DNA from: an uncultured Chloroflexia bacterium
GTDB taxonomy: Bacteria > Chloroflexota > Limnocylindria > Limnocylindrales > CSP1-4
NCBI GenBank assembly: GCA_963703575.1
Contig: CAVPEU010000015.1
Location: 19,762 to 83,761, forward strand
Direction of reading: 5' to 3'
DNA length: 64,000 nt
Within the stretch, counting starts at the first letter, position 1. Every line of letters begins with the position of its first letter. The notes under the pieces were generated by a model. It ran no database searches and had not been told where the DNA came from. It saw nothing but the letters and a program-made list of their open reading frames with translations. The translations under genes were made by a program, and so were the position numbers. Below, one piece after another: positions 20,093 to 31,645 of the stretch.

Positions 20093-22849
20093 CTAGTTCA
20101 CGAGCTCGCCGTCGTCCGAGCCGTCCGGCTCGTCGAGCGGCGGCAGGTCGAACGCCGAGCGCCCGCGACCGCCCGCGCCCGCGGCCGCGGTCTCGCGCCC
20201 GGCGCCCGGCGATCGCGCGTCGCGCCGGTCGCCCGCGTCCGTGACGACGGTCCCCGACTGGGCGGTGAACAGGAGCGTGCCCGACACCGGGTCCGCGTCC
20301 GCGACCACCGTGTCCCCCGGCCGGAACGTCCCGGACAGGAGGGCCCGCGCGAACGGGTTCTCGACCAGCCGCTGGATGGTCCGCTTGAGGGGGCGGGCAC
20401 CGAACGCCGGGTCCGTGCCCTCGCGCACGATCAGCCGGCGCGCGGCCGGCGTGAGCTCGAGCGCGAGGTCGGTGGCGGCGATCCGCGCCTGCAGCTCGAC
20501 CAGCTGCAGGTCCGCGATCGCCACCAGCTCCGCGTCCGTGAGGGCGTGGAACACGATGACCTCGTCGACCCGGTTGAGGAACTCGGGCCGGAACTGGCCA
20601 CGGAGCGCCTCGGTGACCTGGCGCTTCATCGCCTCGTACGTCTCGCCCTCGGGCCGTCCTGCGAACCCCTGGATCTGCTGCGAACCGACGTTGCTGGTCA
20701 TGATCAGGACGGTGTTCTTGAAGTCCACCGTCCGCCCCTGCGAGTCCGTCAGGCGCCCGTCGTCCAGCACCTGGAGCAGGACGTTGAACACGTCCGGGTG
20801 CGCCTTCTCGATCTCGTCCAGCAGCACCACCTGGTACGGCCGGCGCCGGACGGCCTCGGTCAGCTGGCCGCCCTCCTCGTAGCCCACGTAGCCGGGAGGT
20901 GCCCCGAGGAGCCGCGAGACCGCGAACTTCTCCATGTACTCGCTCATGTCGATGCGGACCATCGCCTGCTCGTCGTCGAACAGGAACTGGGCGAGCGCCC
21001 GGGCGAGCTCGGTCTTGCCCACGCCCGTGGGCCCCAGGAACAGGAACGAGCCGATGGGCCGGCGGGGGTCCTTGAGGCCCGCGCGCGCCCTCCGGACCGC
21101 GTCGGAGACCGCGGCGATCGCCTCGTCCTGGCCGATGACGCGCCGGTGCAGCCGCTCCTCCATGTGGACCAGCTTCTCCAGCTCGCCCTCCATGAGGCGC
21201 GTGACGGGGATGCCCGTCCAGGCCGCGACGATCTCCGCGATGTCGTCTGCGGTGACCTCCTCCTTGAGCAGCGAGCCCGGGCCCTGGAGCGCGGCGAGGG
21301 CCGCCTCCTGCGCCTTCATGCGCTCCGCCAGCTCGCCGGCCCTGCCGTACTTGAGCTCTGCCGCGCGGCCGTAGTCCGCCTCTCGCTCCGCCTGCTCGAT
21401 CCGGACCTGGAGCTGCTCGATCTCGGACTTGGTGGCCCGCATCGCGGCGATCGCCGCCTTCTCGGCCTCCCAGCGTTGCTTCATCGCGCCGGCCTGTTCC
21501 GCGATCTCGGCCAGTTCCTTCTCCAGCGCGTCCAGCCGGGCCTTCGACGCGTCGTCGGTCTCCTTGCGCAGCGCCTCGCGCTCGATCTCCAGCTGGATCC
21601 GGCGCCGCTCGAGCTCGTCCAGCTCGATGGGCATCGAATCGATCTCCATCCGCAGCCGGCTGGCGGCCTCGTCCACCAGGTCGATCGCCTTGTCGGGCAG
21701 GAAGCGCTCGGTGATGTAGCGGCTGGACAGGGTGGCGGCGGCGACCAGCGCGGAGTCCGTGATCCGGACGCCGTGGTGGACCTCGTAGCGCTCCCGGAGG
21801 CCGCGCAGGATCGAGATCGTCTCCTCGACCGTCGGCTGGTCCACGACCACCGGCTGGAAGCGCCGCTCCAGCGCCGCGTCCTTCTCGATGTGCTTGCGGT
21901 ACTCGTCCAGCGTCGTGGCGCCGATCGTGTGCAGCTCACCGCGCGCGAGCATCGGCTTGAGCAGGTTGGACGCGTCCATCGCGCCCTCGGCGGCACCCGC
22001 CCCGACGACCGTGTGCAGCTCGTCGATGAACAGGATCACGCGGCCCTCGGAGTCCTTGATCTCCTTGAGCACGGCCTTGAGGCGCTCCTCGAACTCGCCG
22101 CGGAACTTGGAGCCGGCGATGATCGACCCCAGGTCGAGCGCGACGACCCGCTTGTCCTTGAGGCCCTCGGGGACGTCGCCCCGGACGATCCGCTGCGCCA
22201 GGCCCTCCGCGATCGCGGTCTTGCCGACGCCCGGCTCGCCGATCAGCACCGGGTTGTTCTTGGTCCGGCGGCTGAGGACCTGGATGACGCGCCGGATCTC
22301 CTCGTCCCGGCCGATGACCGGGTCCAGCTTGCCGGCGCGGGCCTCCGCGGTCAGGTCGCGGCCGTACTTCTCGAGGGCCTGGTACGTGCTCTCCGGGTTC
22401 GGGTTGGTCACCCGCTGGCCGCCACGGACCGTCCGGAGGGCGCCCAGGATCGCCTCGCGCCCGGCGCCGTGGCGGTCGAGCAGCTGCTGCCCCTCGCCGC
22501 CGGCCTCCGCGACCGCCAGCAACAGGTGCTCGGTCGAGGTGTACTCGTCGCCCAGGCGGTGTGCCTCGTCCTGGGCACGCTCGATGAGCCGCTTCGTGCG
22601 TGGGTCGAGCGTGAGCGAGCCGCCCTGGATCCGGGCACGACGGGCGAGCAGCGCGGCCAGCTCGCCCCGGAACGCGGCCAGGTCCACGCCCAGGCGCCGG
22701 AGCGTCTCGGCGGGGATCCCGTCGTCCGGCTCCAGGAGCGCGGACAGCAGGTGCTCGACGTCGAGCACGGGGCTCTGGAGCCGCTCGGCGAGCTGCTGGG
22801 CGGCGATGACGGCCTCCTGGGCCTTCTCGGTGAAGCGATCGAGTTGCAT
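20093..22849 (-). CDS. clpB: ATP-dependent chaperone ClpB
   Basis: 918 aa. Clp N domain, two AAA+ modules ([21 protein letters not shown]) and a coiled-coil middle domain. Confidence 0.95.
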   Translation of the reverse strand: MQLDRFTEKAQEAVIAAQQLAERLQSPVLDVEHLLSALLEPDDGIPAETLRRLGVDLAAFRGELAALLARRARIQGGSLTLDPRTKRLIERAQDEAHRLGDEYTSTEHLLLAVAEAGGEGQQLLDRHGAGREAILGALRTVRGGQRVTNPNPESTYQALEKYGRDLTAEARAGKLDPVIGRDEEIRRVIQVLSRRTKNNPVLIGEPGVGKTAIAEGLAQRIVRGDVPEGLKDKRVVALDLGSIIAGSKFRGEFEERLKAVLKEIKDSEGRVILFIDELHTVVGAGAAEGAMDASNLLKPMLARGELHTIGATTLDEYRKHIEKDAALERRFQPVVVDQPTVEETISILRGLRERYEVHHGVRITDSALVAAATLSSRYITERFLPDKAIDLVDEAASRLRMEIDSMPIELDELERRRIQLEIEREALRKETDDASKARLDALEKELAEIAEQAGAMKQRWEAEKAAIAAMRATKSEIEQLQVRIEQAEREADYGRAAELKYGRAGELAERMKAQEAALAALQGPGSLLKEEVTADDIAEIVAAWTGIPVTRLMEGELEKLVHMEERLHRRVIGQDEAIAAVSDAVRRARAGLKDPRRPIGSFLFLGPTGVGKTELARALAQFLFDDEQAMVRIDMSEYMEKFAVSRLLGAPPGYVGYEEGGQLTEAVRRRPYQVVLLDEIEKAHPDVFNVLLQVLDDGRLTDSQGRTVDFKNTVLIMTSNVGSQQIQGFAGRPEGETYEAMKRQVTEALRGQFRPEFLNRVDEVIVFHALTDAELVAIADLQLVELQARIAATDLALELTPAARRLIVREGTDPAFGARPLKRTIQRLVENPFARALLSGTFRPGDTVVADADPVSGTLLFTAQSGTVVTDAGDRRDARSPGAGRETAAAGAGGRGRSAFDLPPLDEPDGSDDGELVN

Positions 22850-22887
22850 GTCCGGTTCTCTGCAGTGGGTGTCGTTGGGATGGATGG

Positions 22888-24024
22888 TCAGTGGGCCGTC
22901 CGCGGATCGGGCTGGTCCGCGAGGTCCAGGAACCGCCGCGCCGCGTCCTGCGCGACGTCGTCCAGCTTCGTCGGGAGCACGACCCGGACCTTCACGTACA
23001 GGTCGCCGCTGCCGTCGCCCTTGAGCTTCGGCATACCCCGGCCGGTGAGGCGGAAGGTCTTCCCGGCCTGGGTCCCGGCCGGGACCGTGAGCAGGATCCG
23101 GCCCTTGAGCGTGGTCACCGGCACCTCGGCGCCCAGCAGCGCCTCGCGCAGCGTGACCTGGAGCTCGCGCTCCAGGTCCGCGCCCCGGCGCGTGTAGACG
23201 TCATGCGGCCGCAGGCGCACGGTCACGACGATGTCGCGTCCGTCCGGGCCCTTGCCGCTCAGCCGGACACGGGTGCCGGTATCGGCTCCGCGCGGGATCC
23301 GCACCTCGTACCGCTTGCCGTCGATCTCGACCAGGCGGGTGGTGCCGTGGAACGCCTCCTCGAGGGTCAGCTCGGCCGGTGCCTCGATCTCCGCGGGCCT
23401 CGGCTTCGATCGCGCGACCCTGCCGGCCCCCGTCCCGCCCGTCGGGGTGCCGTCGAAGCCCATGTTCCCGAGGATCTCCTCGAACGAGGGGCTCGAGCTC
23501 GTGGACCGGCGTCCGGCCGCGCGCTCGCGGGCGAAGTCGCGCGTGCCCGTTGCCGTCGAGGCACCCGCGGTCGCGCCGGAGAAGAACATCCGGAAGAAGT
23601 CGGAGAAGCCGCCCTCGCCGCCGCCGGCGGTCCGGAACTCGTAGCGGACATTGCCCCGGCGATCGGCGCCCCCCGCCCCCGCGCCCCCCGCCCCCGCGCC
23701 AGTCGCCCCCGCGCCCCCCGCCCCGTAGCCGAAGCCGGCGAACGGCCCGCCGGGCCCGAACGGGTCGGCGCCACCGCGGCCGTCCCCGGCGCGCTGGAAC
23801 TGGTCCCAGTTCGCGCCGAGGGCGTCGTACTGCTTGCGCTTCTCCGGATCCGACAGGACGGCGTTCGCCTCGTTGATGTCCTTGAACCGCTTCTCGGCGC
23901 CCGTGTCCCCGGGGTTCCGGTCCGGATGGTGGGCGCGCGCGAGCTTCCGGAAGGCCTTCTTGATCTCGGCCTGCGTGGCCGTCCGCGGCACGCCCAGGAT
24001 CTGGTAGTAGTCCCGGTATTCCAT
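22888..24024 (-). CDS. J-domain co-chaperone lacking the Cys-rich zinc-finger region (CbpA/DnaJ class II-like)
   Basis: J domain [33 protein letters not shown], a Gly/Ala-rich linker and a DnaJ C-terminal domain. No CxxCxGxG repeats. Confidence 0.9.
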   Translation of the reverse strand: MEYRDYYQILGVPRTATQAEIKKAFRKLARAHHPDRNPGDTGAEKRFKDINEANAVLSDPEKRKQYDALGANWDQFQRAGDGRGGADPFGPGGPFAGFGYGAGGAGATGAGAGGAGAGGADRRGNVRYEFRTAGGGEGGFSDFFRMFFSGATAGASTATGTRDFARERAAGRRSTSSSPSFEEILGNMGFDGTPTGGTGAGRVARSKPRPAEIEAPAELTLEEAFHGTTRLVEIDGKRYEVRIPRGADTGTRVRLSGKGPDGRDIVVTVRLRPHDVYTRRGADLERELQVTLREALLGAEVPVTTLKGRILLTVPAGTQAGKTFRLTGRGMPKLKGDGSGDLYVKVRVVLPTKLDDVAQDAARRFLDLADQPDPRTAH

Positions 24025-24043
24025 GGGCGTACCAGCGGCGACC

Positions 24044-26518
24044 CTAGACCACGACCTGGGGCTGGTCGGGCGGGAACGGGGTCCGGCGGACGCGCGCGGC
24101 GGGCTCCGGCTTCGTGCCCTGACCGCCGCCCTCGCCCACCGTCGGCACCGCCTTGAGCGGCTTCGGCCGGCGGCGAAGGGCGGCCTCGAGCACCTCGTTC
24201 ATCGTGTCCACGAGGACGAGCTTCAGCTGCTTGCGGACGTCCTCCGGGATGTCGCGCAGGTCCTTCTCGTTCTTCCTGGGCAGGATGACCATGCCCGCGC
24301 CCGACAGGTGGGCCGCGAGGATCTTGCTCTTGAGCCCGCCGATCGGGAGGACCCGGCCCCGGAGCGTGATCTCGCCGGTCATCGCCACGTCCTTGCGGAC
24401 CGGGATCCCGGTGAGCGCGGACACCATCGCCGTCGCCATGGTGACGCCGGCTGACGGGCCATCCTTGGGGGTGGCGCCGGCGGGGACGTGGATGTGCATG
24501 GTGTGCTTCTCGAACACCTCGCGCTCGATCCCCAGCTCCGCCGCGTGCGACCGGATCCAGGACAGCGCCGCCCGCGCGGACTCGCGCATCACGTCGCCCA
24601 GCTGGCCGGTGAGGATGAAGTCCTCCTTGCCCTCCATCAGCGTGACCTCGACGGCGACGACGTCGCCACCGACCTCGGTCACGACGAGGCCCGTCGCGCT
24701 GCCGGTCTGGTCCTCGGCCTCCAGCTCCCCGTACTCGAACCGCGGCGGGCCGAGGAACTCGAGGAGCCGCTTCACGTCCACCACCGTCTTGCGCTTCCGT
24801 CCCTCGGCGACCTGCCGGGCGACCTTGCGCATGATGTTCGCGAGCTCGCGCTCGAGGTTCCGTACACCGGCCTCGTGCGTGTAGGCCTGGACGAGCTCGA
24901 CGAGCGTCGCCTCGGGGATCTCGATGTGCCGGGGCTTGAGGCCGTGGTTCTCCATCTGCTTGGGGACCAGGAACCGCTTCGCGATCTCGACCTTCTCACG
25001 CTGCGTGTAGCCCGGCAGCTGGATGACCTCCATCCGGTCCCGCAGGGCGGCCGGGATGGGTTCCAGGAGGTTGGCGGTCGCGATGAACAGGACCCGGGAC
25101 AGGTCGAAGGGGACTTCGAGGTAGTTGTCCTGGAAGCTGAAGTTCTGCTCCGGGTCGAGGACCTCGAGCAGCGCGGACGACGGGTCGCCCCGGAAGTCCA
25201 TGCCGATCTTGTCCACCTCGTCCAGCATGAACACCGGGTTGTTGGTGCCGGCGGTCTTGACGCTCTGCACGATACGGCCCGGCAGGGCGCCGATGTAGGT
25301 CCGCCGGTGGCCCCGGATCTCGGCCTCGTCGTGGATGCCGCCCAGGCTCATCCGGGTGAACTTGCGGCCCATGGCCCGGGCGATGCTCTTGCCCAGGCTC
25401 GTCTTGCCCACGCCGGGAGGCCCCACGAACAGCAGGATGGGGCTGCGGATCTTGTCCGCCAGGCTGCGGACCGCGAGGTACTCGAGGATCCGCTCCTTGA
25501 CCTTCTCGAGGCCATAATGGTCCTCGTCCAGGATCGTGGCGGCCTCGCGGATGTCCAGCCGGTCGTCCGTCGCGACGTTCCACGGCAGCGACACGAGCCA
25601 GTCCACGTAGGTCCGGATGACGCCCACCTCCGGGGAGGCGGACGGGATCCGGCTCATCCGGTCGATCTCCTTGATCGCCCGGTCGCGGACCTCCTCGGGC
25701 ATGCCCGAGGACTCGACCTTCTCGCGCAGCTCGTTGATCTCGGCCTGCTGCGGGTCGTCCTCGCCCAGCTCGCGCTGGATGGCCTTGAGCTGCTCGCGGA
25801 GGATGTACTCCCGCTGGGTCTTGTCCATCTCGGACTTGACCTCGCTCTGGATCTTCCCCTTGAGATCGAGGATCTCGATCTGGCGGGCGAGGAACCCCGA
25901 GACGAGCTTCAGGCGCTGCTCGGCGTCGATGGTCTCGAGGAGCTCCTGGCGCTGCTCAGTGGACATGTCGGGGCTGTAGGCGACCATGTCCGCGAGGAGG
26001 CCCGGATCCGTGATGTTGCGGGCAGCGACCGCCGCCTCGGGGGGCACGGGGGCGCCGGTGGCGACGTACTGCTCGATCTGGGCCTGGACGCTGCGGATGA
26101 GGGCCTGGATCTCGAGGCCGGTGAGGGTCTCGTCGTGCAGCTCCTCGATGCGCGCGGCGAGGTAGGGCGAGGTCTGGGCGAAGCCATGGACCCGGATGCG
26201 TCCCTGGCCCTGGACGATCGCGCGCACCGTGCCGTCCTGGAGCTGGACGACCTGGGCGATCTTCGCGAGCGTGCCGATGGAGTACAGCTCGGACGGGTCG
26301 CCGACCTCCTCCTGCTCCGCGTGGCGCTGGGTCACCAGCGCGATCGGGCCGCTGCTCTCGACGGCGGCGTTGAGCGCGGCGACGCTCTTCTCGCGCCCCA
26401 CCTGGAGCGGAACGATCATCTCCGGGAAGATGACCGTCTCCCGGAGTGCGACGAGGGGCACCTCGCGGATCGCGGGGGACGCCTGCTGCTCCTCCGGGCT
26501 GGACGGTCGCTTGGCCAT
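24044..26518 (-). CDS. lon: ATP-dependent Lon protease
   Basis: Start at [10 protein letters not shown] (ATG 26518) after AAGGAGA. Walker [10 protein letters not shown] and catalytic PKDGPSAG. Confidence 0.95.
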   Translation of the reverse strand: MAKRPSSPEEQQASPAIREVPLVALRETVIFPEMIVPLQVGREKSVAALNAAVESSGPIALVTQRHAEQEEVGDPSELYSIGTLAKIAQVVQLQDGTVRAIVQGQGRIRVHGFAQTSPYLAARIEELHDETLTGLEIQALIRSVQAQIEQYVATGAPVPPEAAVAARNITDPGLLADMVAYSPDMSTEQRQELLETIDAEQRLKLVSGFLARQIEILDLKGKIQSEVKSEMDKTQREYILREQLKAIQRELGEDDPQQAEINELREKVESSGMPEEVRDRAIKEIDRMSRIPSASPEVGVIRTYVDWLVSLPWNVATDDRLDIREAATILDEDHYGLEKVKERILEYLAVRSLADKIRSPILLFVGPPGVGKTSLGKSIARAMGRKFTRMSLGGIHDEAEIRGHRRTYIGALPGRIVQSVKTAGTNNPVFMLDEVDKIGMDFRGDPSSALLEVLDPEQNFSFQDNYLEVPFDLSRVLFIATANLLEPIPAALRDRMEVIQLPGYTQREKVEIAKRFLVPKQMENHGLKPRHIEIPEATLVELVQAYTHEAGVRNLERELANIMRKVARQVAEGRKRKTVVDVKRLLEFLGPPRFEYGELEAEDQTGSATGLVVTEVGGDVVAVEVTLMEGKEDFILTGQLGDVMRESARAALSWIRSHAAELGIEREVFEKHTMHIHVPAGATPKDGPSAGVTMATAMVSALTGIPVRKDVAMTGEITLRGRVLPIGGLKSKILAAHLSGAGMVILPRKNEKDLRDIPEDVRKQLKLVLVDTMNEVLEAALRRRPKPLKAVPTVGEGGGQGTKPEPAARVRRTPFPPDQPQVVV

Positions 26519-26603
26519 CAGAATTGTCTCCTTGGGTGCCGGCCGGCTGGTCCGGCTCGACGGTTCGATTGTGCGGTGTTCGGTGTGCGGATCCGGCGGT
26601 CGA

Positions 26604-27017
26604 TCAGGTGGCGGATCCTCCGGGTGGCTCGGGACCCGCGCCCCGGGTGGCCGCCGCGGGGGTGGCCGCGCGCCCGGCCGTGCGGCCGGATCCGCCGTTC
26701 CCATGCTGGTCACGGGTCCCTTCGTCGTAGAGCGCCTCGAGGATGCGCTTGCCGAGCCGCTCCTCGAGCTCGAACAGGGTGCGAACCCCGGCGAGGTTGA
26801 CGCCGCGGTCTCGCGTGAGGTGCCGGATCCACAGGATGCGGCGAATGTCCTCTTCCGAGTACAGGCGGATGTTGGTGGGCGTGCGCGCCGGACAGACCAG
26901 GCCCTCGTCCTCGTAGATCCGCAGCGTGCGCGGGTGAGCCGACACGAGCGTCGCCGCCACGCTGATGACATACACGGGCCGTGTCGGATCGCGGTCCGGC
27001 CGGCGCGCAGTCGCCAT
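26604..27017 (-). CDS. hspR: MerR-family heat-shock repressor HspR
   Basis: [27 protein letters not shown] MerR-type HTH. Sits between hsp20 and lon; start overlaps the hsp20 stop by 1 nt. Confidence 0.85.
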   Translation of the reverse strand: MATARRPDRDPTRPVYVISVAATLVSAHPRTLRIYEDEGLVCPARTPTNIRLYSEEDIRRILWIRHLTRDRGVNLAGVRTLFELEERLGKRILEALYDEGTRDQHGNGGSGRTAGRAATPAAATRGAGPEPPGGSAT

Positions 27018-27526
27018 CAGGCCTCAGCCCTGCCCGCGGTGGCGGGGACGCCGGGCTCGACGCCCTTCGCCTCGCCGGTGGCCGCCGGCCGGATCTGGAT
27101 CTGGCGTGGCTTGACCTGCTCGGCCCTCGGGATGCGGAGCTTCAGCACGCCGTGCTCGAAGGTGGCGTCCGCCTTGTCGGCCTCAAGGCCGCTCGGCAGG
27201 GTCACGGTGCGCATGACGCTGCCCCGCGAGATCTCGCGCACGATCCAGTCACCCTGGTCGTCGGTCCGCTCGCTGCGGTCCTCGGCGCGGATCGTGAGGG
27301 TGCCGTTCTCCACGGTGATGTCCACGTCCTCGGGCTTGATGCCCGGCAGGTCGGCCTCCACGAGGAGGGCGTCCGGCGTGGTCCGGACATCGAGCGGCAG
27401 CCGGGCGAACCCCCCGCCGTCATAGCTTGTGAACGGCCGGAACACCGTGTCATCGAAAAGGCGGTCCATCGCCTGGCGAAGCGTCAACAGCTCGCTGAAG
27501 GGCGACGGGCGGCGAACGAGCGTCAT
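27017..27526 (-). CDS. Hsp20/alpha-crystallin small heat-shock protein
   Basis: alpha-crystallin domain (DVRTTPDALLVEADLPGIKPEDVDITVENGTLTI...GVLKLRIPR). Confidence 0.9.
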   Translation of the reverse strand: MTLVRRPSPFSELLTLRQAMDRLFDDTVFRPFTSYDGGGFARLPLDVRTTPDALLVEADLPGIKPEDVDITVENGTLTIRAEDRSERTDDQGDWIVREISRGSVMRTVTLPSGLEADKADATFEHGVLKLRIPRAEQVKPRQIQIRPAATGEAKGVEPGVPATAGRAEA

Positions 27527-27623
27527 CTGTCGAACCTCCTGCTGGGTTGCCGGCGGGTCTGCCCCGCCGGTCCTGGTGCGGGTCCCCGACGAGCCGCCCT
27601 GGAGTGCTCATCGGGCAATGCGT

Positions 27624-27654
27624 AGGCTAGAACCCTGACAATGGCGTTGTCAAG
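27624..27654 (-). promoter_or_regulatory. Promoter (TTGACA-N18-TAGCCT) overlapped by a HAIR-like inverted repeat, CTTGACA-N7-TGTCAGG
   Basis: Minus strand reads CTTGACAacgccatTGTCAGGgttcTAGCCT about 100 nt upstream of hsp20. The 7-N7-7 format matches the HspR operator CTTGAGT-N7-ACTCAAG. Confidence 0.5.
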
Positions 27655-27758
27655 ATAAGTATCCTAAATCTCGCCTACATCGACGGGCGCCATGCGTCCA
27701 GGAGGGACGCGGCGCCTCACCGGCGCGATCCCGCCGGCGCCAGGCTCGGCTCCGGTGC

Positions 27759-28430
27759 CTATTCCTCGGCCGCGGTCCCGATCAGCTGCTCACGGAGCTC
27801 CGGCTCGCAGTCGGGCCGCCCGATCGCGATCACCTTGTCGCCCTCGGCGAGAACCGTGTCCGCCCGAAGCTGGGTGGGCACGCCTTCGCGGATCACGCCG
27901 AACAGCGAGCAGCCGAGGGGCACGGCCAGGTCCAGGGCGATCTTGCCGATGGCCGGCGACCCGCGCTGGAGGCGCGCCTCGATGATCTCCAGCTCGCCCA
28001 CCCCCAGGGCGGCCAGGTGGAGCAGCTCGTGGACCGGGATGTCCTGCTCGATCGAGCCGAGGATCATCCGTGTCGGGCTGATGATCTCGTCCACCCCGAG
28101 GTGCCGGAACAGCTCCTCGTTCTTCGGGTTGTTGACCCGGGCGATCGTCCGCCGCACGTCGAAGTGGTGCTTCGCCATCTGGCAGATCACGAGGTTGTCC
28201 TCGTCGTCGCCGGTGACCGCGGCGACCACGTCCGCACGGTTGGCGCCGGCCTCGCGGAGGTACTTGCCCTCGCACCCGTCCTGCGGGATGACCACGGATC
28301 CGATCTCGTCGGAGATCTGGTCCGCGCGCCTGCGGTCCTTCTCCATCAGGGCGACCTCGTGCCCCGACTCGATGAGCTCCTTGGCCAGGTAGTACCCGAC
28401 CTTGCCGCCGCCCACGACCAGCACGAACAT
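27759..28430 (-). CDS. trkA: Trk/Ktr-type potassium uptake regulatory protein (RCK N and C domains)
   Basis: VVGGGKVGYYLAKEL Rossmann motif plus a C-terminal RCK_C-like region. Confidence 0.85.
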   Translation of the reverse strand: MFVLVVGGGKVGYYLAKELIESGHEVALMEKDRRRADQISDEIGSVVIPQDGCEGKYLREAGANRADVVAAVTGDDEDNLVICQMAKHHFDVRRTIARVNNPKNEELFRHLGVDEIISPTRMILGSIEQDIPVHELLHLAALGVGELEIIEARLQRGSPAIGKIALDLAVPLGCSLFGVIREGVPTQLRADTVLAEGDKVIAIGRPDCEPELREQLIGTAAEE

Positions 28431-28433
28431 CGA

Positions 28434-28958
28434 TCAGGCCTCCGTCGGGTTGACCGCGCCGGCACCGCCGCCGCCCGCCGCCGCGGGCTCCCCGTGCTCC
28501 CCGTGCTCCCCGTGCGAGTGCCCCCCCAGGGAGGGGTAGATGCCGGGGGCCGGTGGCACGGCCTGGCCGATGAACCCGAGCACGGCAGCCGTCATCAGGT
28601 TGGTCCGGCACAGCGACGCGATGCCGAGGTGGGCATAGGCCTCGGCGCGCACCGGGTCGTTGATCTTGGCGATCGTCTGGCGGGCGCGCAGGGCCTCCAC
28701 GGCCAGCTGCGCGGCCATGACGTTGCGGTTGTCACCCTCGGTCAGCGACAGGAACAGGTCGGCGTCCTCGGCCCCGGCCCGTCGGAGGGTGTCCTCGTCC
28801 GTGCCGTCGCCGCGAAGCGCCGTGCCGCGGAACGTCGAGGGCAGGCGATCGAACGCCGCCGTCGAGATGTCGAGAATCAGGATCTGCCAGCCGGCACGGT
28901 CCAGCTCGTCGGCCAGCCTGGCGCCGACGCGGCCGCAGCCGATGATGACGGCTTTCAT
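28434..28958 (-). CDS. TrkA-N (RCK N-terminal) domain protein
   Basis: Last 174 aa of the 28434..31754 ORF (MKAVIIGCGRVGARLADELD...). ATGA overlap with the USP gene. Confidence 0.8.
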   Translation of the reverse strand: MKAVIIGCGRVGARLADELDRAGWQILILDISTAAFDRLPSTFRGTALRGDGTDEDTLRRAGAEDADLFLSLTEGDNRNVMAAQLAVEALRARQTIAKINDPVRAEAYAHLGIASLCRTNLMTAAVLGFIGQAVPPAPGIYPSLGGHSHGEHGEHGEPAAAGGGGAGAVNPTEA

Positions 28959-29413
28959 GCTTGCTCCTCGGGCATCGCCTCGCGAATGACCCATACCGCG
29001 CAGGGCGCGTTCTTCAGGACGTAGGGAACGGTCCGGCCGATGGCGAAATCGCCGCCGAAGCGTCGTCGGAACGGCAGGCCGCAGATGATCAGGTCCGCCC
29101 CCCGCTCCGTCGCCTCGTCGACGATCGCCGCGCCGACGTCGCGGGCCTGCAGGAGGACCGTATCGAGCTTGTGCTTGTGTGCCTCGGCGACCGCCTCGGC
29201 GATGTCGAGGACCCGCTGGGCATCCTCGGAGCGGCTGGCGACGTCCGCGTCCAGGGGCAGCGTCCAGTCGATCTCCACGACGTGGACGCCCACGAGCTCC
29301 GCGTGACCCGCCCGGGCGACGTCGGCGGCGAGGGCCACGATCGGCCGGTCCGTCCGGCCACCGGACAGCGCCACGACGGCGCGCCGGAACTGGGGTGCCG
29401 ACGAGTCGGCCAC
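28955..29413 (-). CDS. Universal stress protein
   Basis: 152 aa with USP-like AIVDEATERGADLIICG and TVPYVLKNAPCAVWVI. Confidence 0.85.
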   Translation of the reverse strand: MADSSAPQFRRAVVALSGGRTDRPIVALAADVARAGHAELVGVHVVEIDWTLPLDADVASRSEDAQRVLDIAEAVAEAHKHKLDTVLLQARDVGAAIVDEATERGADLIICGLPFRRRFGGDFAIGRTVPYVLKNAPCAVWVIREAMPEEQA

Positions 29414-29524
29414 GAGACCTGGGAGCCTCCTCGCTGACGGCGACGACGACGGGTGACGACTGCGCCAGGGGCCGGTCGCCGCGCCGGGTCACCATACCAC
29501 CCGCCCGGTTCGGCGACGACCGGC

Positions 29525-31600
29525 TCAGCGCCCGGTCGCGGGCTCGTCCGGCGGCAGGCCCGTCTCGGCCTCGCCCGGCCCGAACTTGGCGGGCTCGTCG
29601 CGCCGGTACGGGACGTCCACCACCACGGTGTGGGGACGCCCGAGCAGGACGGTTCGCAGCCGTCGAGAGGACTGGTTGTAGAGGATCCTCTCCCACCAGT
29701 TGCGGGCGACATACTCCGGCACCACGACGAACGTGATCGGCTCGGGCTTGTCCGGCGGCCAGGCCCGGTCCAGGACGTCCAGGTAGGCCACCAGCGGCCC
29801 CGCCAGCGCCCGGTACGGCGACTCGACGATGACCAGCGGCACGCCGGGGACCTGCTGCTCCCAGCGCTGGCGCAGGCTCGCGGCATCCTCGGGGTCGGCG
29901 CTGATGTAGACCGCCAGGACGTCGTCCGCCAGGGATCGGGCGACGTTGATCGCGCGGACCGCGGCTCGGTTCAGGGTCGGGACCGGCACGATCGCGCGCT
30001 CTTCGCGCATGGGGGCCGGCAGCACGAAGTCCGCGCGGACGGCGAGCTGGCGCCCGGACGCCGCGTACTGGCGCTTCACGAACAGCATGGTCGCGACCAG
30101 CACCGGGATGAGGACCGCCACGATGTAGGCGCCGCGGTCGAACTTCTCGACCAGGACGATGACCAGGACGACGAACGTGAGGGCGGCGCCGAACGCGTTG
30201 ACGCCCAGCCGCCACCACCAGCCGCTCTGGCGCCCCCGGAGCCAGTGCAGGACCATGCCGCTCTGGGACAGCGTGAAGCACACGAACACGCCGACGGAGT
30301 AGAGCGGGATCAGGCTGGTCGTGTTGCCGCGGAAGGCGACGTACAGCCCGGCGGCGATGGCGGCCAGGGCGATGATCCCCCAGCTGTAGGCGAGCCGGTC
30401 GCCGCGGACGGCGAACTGGCGCGGGAAGTAGCCGTCCTCGGCCAGGATCGCGGCCAGCCTGGGGAACGCGTTGAAGCTGGTGTTCGCGGCCAGGAACAGG
30501 ATCAGCGCCGTCGCCACCTGGAACAGGTAGAACAACGGGCTGGCGGTCCCGAAGGCGGTCTGGGCGACGAGGGCGATGACCGTGGGTCCCCCGGACAGCT
30601 CCCGGGACGGGACGATGTCGTAGGCGCGGGCGATCACGGTCACGCCGATGAAGATGACGCCCAGGAGCATGGCCATGGCCAGCATCGTGTTGCCGGCGTT
30701 CTTCGATTCCGGGGGCTTGAACGCCGGCACGCCGTTGGCGATGGCCTCGACACCGGTGAGTGCGACGGAGCCGCTCGCGAACGCGCGCAGGATCAGGAAG
30801 ATCCCGAGGGACTCCGTGCCCAGGTGGACCGCCTGGGGCTGGTGGGGCAGCGCCGCCGCCGTGCCGTTGATGATGCCGAACACGCCCGCGCCGACGATCC
30901 ACAGCGCGAGCCCGACGAACAGGTAGGTGGGGACCGCGAACACGTTGCCCGACTCCCGGAGACCGCGCAGGTTGCCGATCGTGATCAGGGCGATCACCCC
31001 GACCGCGACCTCGAGCCGGACCAGCTCCAGGCCGGGCGCGATCGAGATGAGCTGGTCCATCGCGGACGACGTGGAGACGGCGACCGTCATCACGTAGTCG
31101 ATGAGCAGCGCCGCGGCCGCGATCAGGCCCAGGATCGGGCGCAGCTCCTGGCGGGCGACCGCGTAGGCGCCGCCCCCGCCCGGGAACGCGTTGCACACCT
31201 GGCGGTACGAGATCGCGACCACGGCCAGGAGGATCGAGATGGCGATCGCGACCTCGATCGAGATGAGCAGCGCGCCCGCCCCCGCGAGCACGAGCACCCG
31301 TAGGATCTCCTCGGTCGCGTAGGCGGACGAGGAGATCGCGTCGGAGCTGAAGATCGGGAGCGCGAGGCGCTTCGACAGCCGCTCGCCGATCTCCTCCTCG
31401 TTGGCCAGCGGTCGGCCGATCAGCCAGGCCTTCACGCGCGCCCACGTCCGCTCGACCCCCGGGCGGGGCATGGACGCGGTCGGCTTGGCGACCAGCTGTC
31501 CCGGGCCCGTGTACCGGAAGTAGGCGGAGTGGGGTCGATCGACGCGGACGCGCCGGTCCGCTGGCTTGCGGCCCTTGATGGGCCGGCGTCCACCGATCAT
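29525..31600 (-). CDS. APC-superfamily permease with a C-terminal cytoplasmic domain (paralog 1)
   Basis: 691 aa; FSSDAISSSAYATEEIL, about 12 TM helices and a roughly 200-aa soluble tail. Lies next to trkA genes, as in actinobacterial ceoBC loci. Confidence 0.85.
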   Translation of the reverse strand: MIGGRRPIKGRKPADRRVRVDRPHSAYFRYTGPGQLVAKPTASMPRPGVERTWARVKAWLIGRPLANEEEIGERLSKRLALPIFSSDAISSSAYATEEILRVLVLAGAGALLISIEVAIAISILLAVVAISYRQVCNAFPGGGGAYAVARQELRPILGLIAAAALLIDYVMTVAVSTSSAMDQLISIAPGLELVRLEVAVGVIALITIGNLRGLRESGNVFAVPTYLFVGLALWIVGAGVFGIINGTAAALPHQPQAVHLGTESLGIFLILRAFASGSVALTGVEAIANGVPAFKPPESKNAGNTMLAMAMLLGVIFIGVTVIARAYDIVPSRELSGGPTVIALVAQTAFGTASPLFYLFQVATALILFLAANTSFNAFPRLAAILAEDGYFPRQFAVRGDRLAYSWGIIALAAIAAGLYVAFRGNTTSLIPLYSVGVFVCFTLSQSGMVLHWLRGRQSGWWWRLGVNAFGAALTFVVLVIVLVEKFDRGAYIVAVLIPVLVATMLFVKRQYAASGRQLAVRADFVLPAPMREERAIVPVPTLNRAAVRAINVARSLADDVLAVYISADPEDAASLRQRWEQQVPGVPLVIVESPYRALAGPLVAYLDVLDRAWPPDKPEPITFVVVPEYVARNWWERILYNQSSRRLRTVLLGRPHTVVVDVPYRRDEPAKFGPGEAETGLPPDEPATGR

Positions 31601-31645
31601 GGGCTGGTTCGCGACGACCTCGTGCGGGTGCTGGGCGACCCCTCG

